NCBI GenBank assembly: GCA_043228905.1
Contig: JBHGNT010001101.1
Coordinates: 1-12,060, forward strand
Direction of reading: 5' to 3'
Length of the DNA stretch: 12,060 nt
DNA from: Azolla caroliniana
Lineage: Eukaryota > Plantae > Polypodiophyta
Position numbers and translations under genes: made by a program. Of this stretch, positions 7,543-12,060 are shown piece after piece (positions within the stretch are counted from its first letter, which is position 1; every line of letters starts with the position of its first letter). The notes under the pieces are model-generated. The model searched no databases. It saw only the letters and a list, made by a program, of their open reading frames with translations, and had not been told where the DNA came from.

Positions 7543-10500
7543 AACCTAACCAGCACACGAGATAATAAAGTTTCTTACGTACTATCTTGGAGTCCAGAAC
7601 AACTTTGACTTCGAATTCTGGGCCATCAACAAGTTGAACCGGAGGTGGGGGTAGAACAACCCGATCTGGAATGGAACTAGCATTGTAAGGTTCCAAAAAT
7701 GAGACATGAAATACTCGGTGTAGATGCATGTGTGGGGGCAGATCAAGGTGGAATGCAACATCATTGATTTGATGAGAGATAATAAATGGACCAAGCCATT
7801 GATAATCCAACTTATCACAAGGTCTAGTGGTCTTCACATTACGTCGTAATAGCCATACACGATCCCCAATTCGAAATTTTGGTTCCTCTGGTGAGGAGTC
7901 AAGACAATGACAATCTGCAACCTTCTTGTGTGTGGCTTGACCCGTATGCAAATGGTGAGAAAGTGCAACATGAACTTCTTGGAGTTGGAGTAGACGGTCC
8001 TCAGCGGTAGGATTTTTTGAGATTTCTGAATGTTCGATCATCATCCAATGGGGATGATATCCTATGTTTGCAAAAAATGGAGTAAATCCTATTGAGGAAT
8101 GAACCGAATTATTGTATGCAAACTCTGGAAAGTGTAAAAAATCCACCCAATCATCCTGTTGATAATTGATGAAACATCGAAGATATTGATCTAGAGTTTG
8201 ATTTGTGCGCTCGGTTTGACCGTGACTTTGTGGATGATAGCTTGAAGAAAGTTTACAAGAGACTTTGAGCATCTCAAGCAAGTGTTTCCAGAATTTTGAG
8301 ATGAATTGTGGGCCACTATCACTAATAATGTCATTTGGAAGACCATGAAGCTGAAAATACTTCTTTCATAATGATGTCTACAGTTTCTTTAATGTTGATA
8401 GTTTTCGTGCATGGAAGAAAATGCGCCATCTTTGTGAATCGATCTACTACAGTGAGGATAACATCAAAACTCTTTGAAAGTGGAAGATATGTTATAAAGT
8501 CCACACAGATGGATTTCCATGGACCAATAGGAACTGGCAATGGATGTAATAACCCATATGTTCGATGTCACAGAATATTTGACCGACAACACACGTCACA
8601 AGTACGAACATAATCCTCAACAAACTCCCGAAGATGAGGCCACCAATAGTTTCGAGAAACTAGCTCCAAAGTTTTGTGGATTCCAAAGTGACCAGCCATT
8701 GGGTTGTCATGACAATATTACATTACTTGGAGTCGAGATGAACCATTGGGGACATACAAAAGAGTGTTACGAAAAAGTAACCCATTTTCCTATTGAAACT
8801 GGTTATAATCTTTACAAGGATACTTGGATTTTGAAGAAGACACACGGTCTGAAATGATATGATTCAATACATCTTGAGAAAATTCATCAGAAATGATACC
8901 TATTCGGATTGAATCAAGGAACCTGAAATCTTCAGGTGCTTTAGAGGCATTAATAGTCAATAGTCGAAACCGATCAGGCCCTAGGATGACTTGCTTTTGA
9001 TGATCAAATGTGGGCTCACCTAGTTGTGGCGCTAAATAAGATCGTCGTGATAGAGTGTCCGCCTTTCATTGTTGTACTCCAGGGCGATATGTGATGAGGA
9101 AGTCAAAACGCATCAGGAATTGTGCCCAACGAGCTTGGCGTCGACTCAAAACTCTAGCATTTTGAAAGTATGTGAGATTTTTATGATCATTGTAAACAAT
9201 AATTTGGTGGGGAGAACCTTCTAAGAGATGACTCCATTGCTCAAACGAGTCTATAATGGCCAGGAGCTCTTTTTTGTGAATCTCATAATTGATCTCTATA
9301 GCTTTGAATTTGCGTGAATGGAAAGCAATTGGATGCAACTTTCCGTCATCTCCAACCTGGGACAAGATACTTCCTAGTGCAAAATCAGACGCATCCGCCT
9401 CGATGATAAAGGGTTTTTCTAGGTCAGCATGAAGTAGAATAGGAGCGGAAGTGAATGCTCTCTTTAGGTTTTCAAAATCTTTGGCCGCATTGGAACTCCA
9501 TGTGAACGACTTGTTCTTTTGTGTAAGCTCCGTGAGAGGCATCACGATGTTCGAGTAGTTCTTGATAAATTTGCGGTAAAAATTCGCAAATCCTAAGAAA
9601 CACTGAACATCACGCACTGAGAGAGGTGTTTCCCAATTTAGAATTGTATGCAGCTTGAATGGATCCATAGATATACTTGTTGTGAAACCACATACCCTAG
9701 AAACTCCACGTGGTTTTGATCAAAGCTACACTTCTCGAGTTTGGCATAGAGCCCATATTCTCGTAAGCGTTGGAGGACTTGGCGGACATGTGTGTCATGC
9801 TCTTCTTGACTTTTTGAGTAGATCAATATGTCATCAAGATATACTATGGTAAATGAATCCAAGAAGTCGCGAAAAATATCATTCGCCATGTGTTGAAAAA
9901 CTGTGGGCGCATTCGTGAGACCAAAATGCATAACCGTGTACTCGAAATGTCTGTATCGAGTACGGAACGTTGTCTTCCATTCGTCTCCTAGACGTATCCA
10001 AACAAGGTTGTATGTGCCTCAAAGGTCTAGCTTTATGAAAACTTTAGCTCCACTAAGACGCTCTAGTAAACTCGATATCAAGGGTAGAGCATATCTATTT
10101 CGAACTGTGATTTTGTTTAAACCTCGATAATCCACGACCAATCGTAAAGACCCATCTTTCTCCTTGACAAAGAATATGGGTGCACCAGCAGGGCTTTTAG
10201 AATGTTAAATGAATCCATTTGCTAGGTGCTCATCTATATACTCTCGAAGGGCCTTGAGTTCAGAAGGTGATAGATTATATATTGGGCCCCATGGTGGCTC
10301 TTTCCCAGGTTGTAGATCGATCAGACAATCATAAGGACGATGGTTTGGAAGAGAACTAGCTTTAGTTTTGTTGAAGATGTCTTTAAAATCCAAGTACTTA
10401 GTAGGGAGGTGAGTACATGCCCCTTGTGAACTAGAGGATGGATTTGCCGTTATTGCAAAGACAAACATTTCATTTGTTCGCCCGTCTTCTCATAAGTTTT

Positions 10501-10738
10501 GTAGAGATATGAGCGAGATTTGGTGAGGTTTTGAATCTTGGTTGGTAGTAACAAAGCTGTTGGATTCAGGTTTCTGCTGGAAATCATTGATTGCTCGATT
10601 TCTCCAGTCAATTTCAGGATTATGAAGCTCAAACAAAGGCAAACCAAGGATAACCGGATGCTCAGGTCTACTAATTATATTGAAGGAAATCACACAAGCA
10701 AAGCTACCAAGTGATAGGGTGTTTAAGACAAAGGGTAA
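7543..10738 (-). pseudogene. pol: Degenerate chromovirus (Tcn1-like) pol: partial PR, RT, RH, INT and the first half of the chromodomain
   Basis: PVILGLP...HNPEIDW; LPNHRPYDCLIDL; [11 protein letters not shown]; HFGLTNAP; [10 protein letters not shown]; EADASDFALG; CHDNPMAGH...CDVC; SYHPQSHGQTERTN; GPF; EFEVKVVLDSKIVRKKLYYLVCWLG. Multiple stops (e.g. 10205, ~10020, 9066, ~8570) and frameshifts (~9675, ~8350). The right boundary is approximate. Confidence 0.93.
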
Positions 10739-10950
10739 TGTTACACTATATGAGGGCTTGACCAAACCGGTTAGATCGAGTTATGACTCATAATATATTA
10801 TATAGATCAAGGTATCTACGAATGAGAGAGAGAGACTCAAGAAATTAAGAGAAAAGATAGAGAAGATGAGAAAGAGATAAGATTGTTATGATATTCCAAT
10901 ATCAAGACAATACAAAGGAGATAAACTCCACATTCAACTAAGAAACCAAA
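10739..10950 (-). repeat. LTR-like terminal (R/U5-like) segment of a further element that truncates the chromovirus protease
   Basis: Starts tgttac where protease similarity ends. It is AT-rich with a (GA)n tract and an 'atattcc...tacaa' layout similar to the other LTRs here. Neither boundary is confirmed. Confidence 0.5.
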
Positions 10951-10980
10951 GACCTTACTACCAATCACTCAAACCCACAA

Positions 10981-11095
10981 TTAAGACCCTTCCTCTTCCA
11001 CTAAGACCCTTCTTCCTAATCCTCCCTCTCCTCTATTAGGATCCTCTCCCTATTAGTCCCCCCCTTCCACTAAGACCTTTCCTAAGACTCTTCCT
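10981..11095. repeat. Pyrimidine-rich tract with short direct repeats (taagacYYttc x4; exact 14-mer cttccactaagacc x2)
   Basis: taagac at 10982, 11002, 11071 and 11083; the 14-mer at 10995-11008 and 11064-11077. Confidence 0.75.
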
Positions 11096-11211
11096 CCTCT
11101 ATCCGGACCTCCACTTCTTCTTTTAAAATTTTCTTCTTCCTCCTCGTTCACGCTATTTTTAGAAGCTTTTTATCTCCTATTTTTTGCTAAGATCCAACGA
11201 CCTTCTAATCT

Positions 11212-12060
11212 TCATATCTCCCACTTCAAATCTTCCATTTTATAATTGGAACTTTCTTGTAACCATGCGTTGAACTCTTGCATAAATTCTTCCTTTTTTT
11301 CAACACTCAATTGCCGAAGCTTTGGGGAAATTGATAGACTTTCCTTCAAGTTGATGTGGTATTTGTTGCAAGCTTCTCCTCTTATCACAAAACACTTGAT
11401 GAACACATCCTCCATTATGCTTGTGCAATGCACCACTCCACTATCTACTACAACCACCCTTGTTGAAGATGTCCTACTAATAGGAATTCCCACTTTGTTT
11501 ACCACGAATTCAGAAATCAAGCTTACTCTAGCACCACTATCAACCAAGGAATCTTTGATGTGAAACCCTTTGATGGAGATGGGGATCGTTGGTCGTATGT
11601 CCTTTCGATATTCTACTCCCACGATCACCACATAATGCACGGTCTTCTTACTTTGGCGGATACTTGCAAGCTTTCCCCAATCCTTTCGTAATGTGGGAGA
11701 TAATTGGAGAAGTTGTGGCCATGTTATCCTTGGTCCACTTGATATCAACTCATGTTTCAAATTGAAAGCTTCTACACCTTCACCCATAGGAATGTCCTCC
11801 ATCTTGATCTTCCTTCTAGAGTGTCTCCTTCTCAATTTCTCCTCTTTCTCATTCTCCTTAGACTTCTTCTTTTGTCTTGAGGCACTAGATTCTCCTTCAA
11901 CTTCTTTCTCCTTTTGCGAGGACCTTGTCCTTTTCACAGGAGTTACTTCACAATCACTATCACTATCATCAATAACATTAAGAAGATTCACATTATGAGG
12001 AATTGTAGGAACTTGAGCCATAGGAAGTGTTATGGATTCGCCTCCTTCGACTCCATTGTT
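11212..12060 (-). pseudogene. Retrotransposon gag-protease spacer plus partial retropepsin-like aspartic protease, open to the right edge
   Basis: ITWPQLLQLSPTLR spacer motif (compare ITLTMEKLLLLVPRFR in the central element) and catalytic LVDSGARVSLIS (D at 11539-11541). The downstream ILG-x-x-WL motif is absent. The frame stays open from 12021 to 12060. Confidence 0.75.

Noticed and set aside
10981-11095. CRISPR-like array
   Set aside because: The repeats are short, irregularly spaced and low-complexity, with no unique spacers of uniform length and no cas genes.

Overview
The window is a eukaryotic (land plant, probably moss/bryophyte by inference from the element types) nest of LTR retrotransposons. 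It contains no host gene, RNA gene or CRISPR array, and every coding piece lies on the minus strand. From left to right: (1) the 5' end of a Ty1/copia element (open gag missed by the ORF track, tRNA-iMet PBS, LTR 617-1010); (2) the interrupted 3' LTR of a chromovirus (1011-1564), which carries two heat-shock-element arrays beside its TATA box, plus its PPT and integrase tail with chromodomain; (3) a degenerate non-chromoviral Ty3/gypsy element (LTR 6670-7109, gag with three CCHC knuckles, PR-RT-RH-INT) whose integrase is joined in frame at ~2030 to that chromodomain tail; (4) a partial, probably copia-type LTR (7110-7542) inserted into the chromodomain of (5) a second, older Tcn1-like chromovirus pol (7543-~10738); and (6) a gag-spacer/protease ORF that runs into an LTR-like end with no RT, RH or integrase. 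The most notable observations are the in-frame cross-lineage integrase-chromodomain chimera and the HSE-bearing chromovirus LTR. Nothing here demonstrates a new functional system; the chimera is most simply a post-insertion deletion scar.
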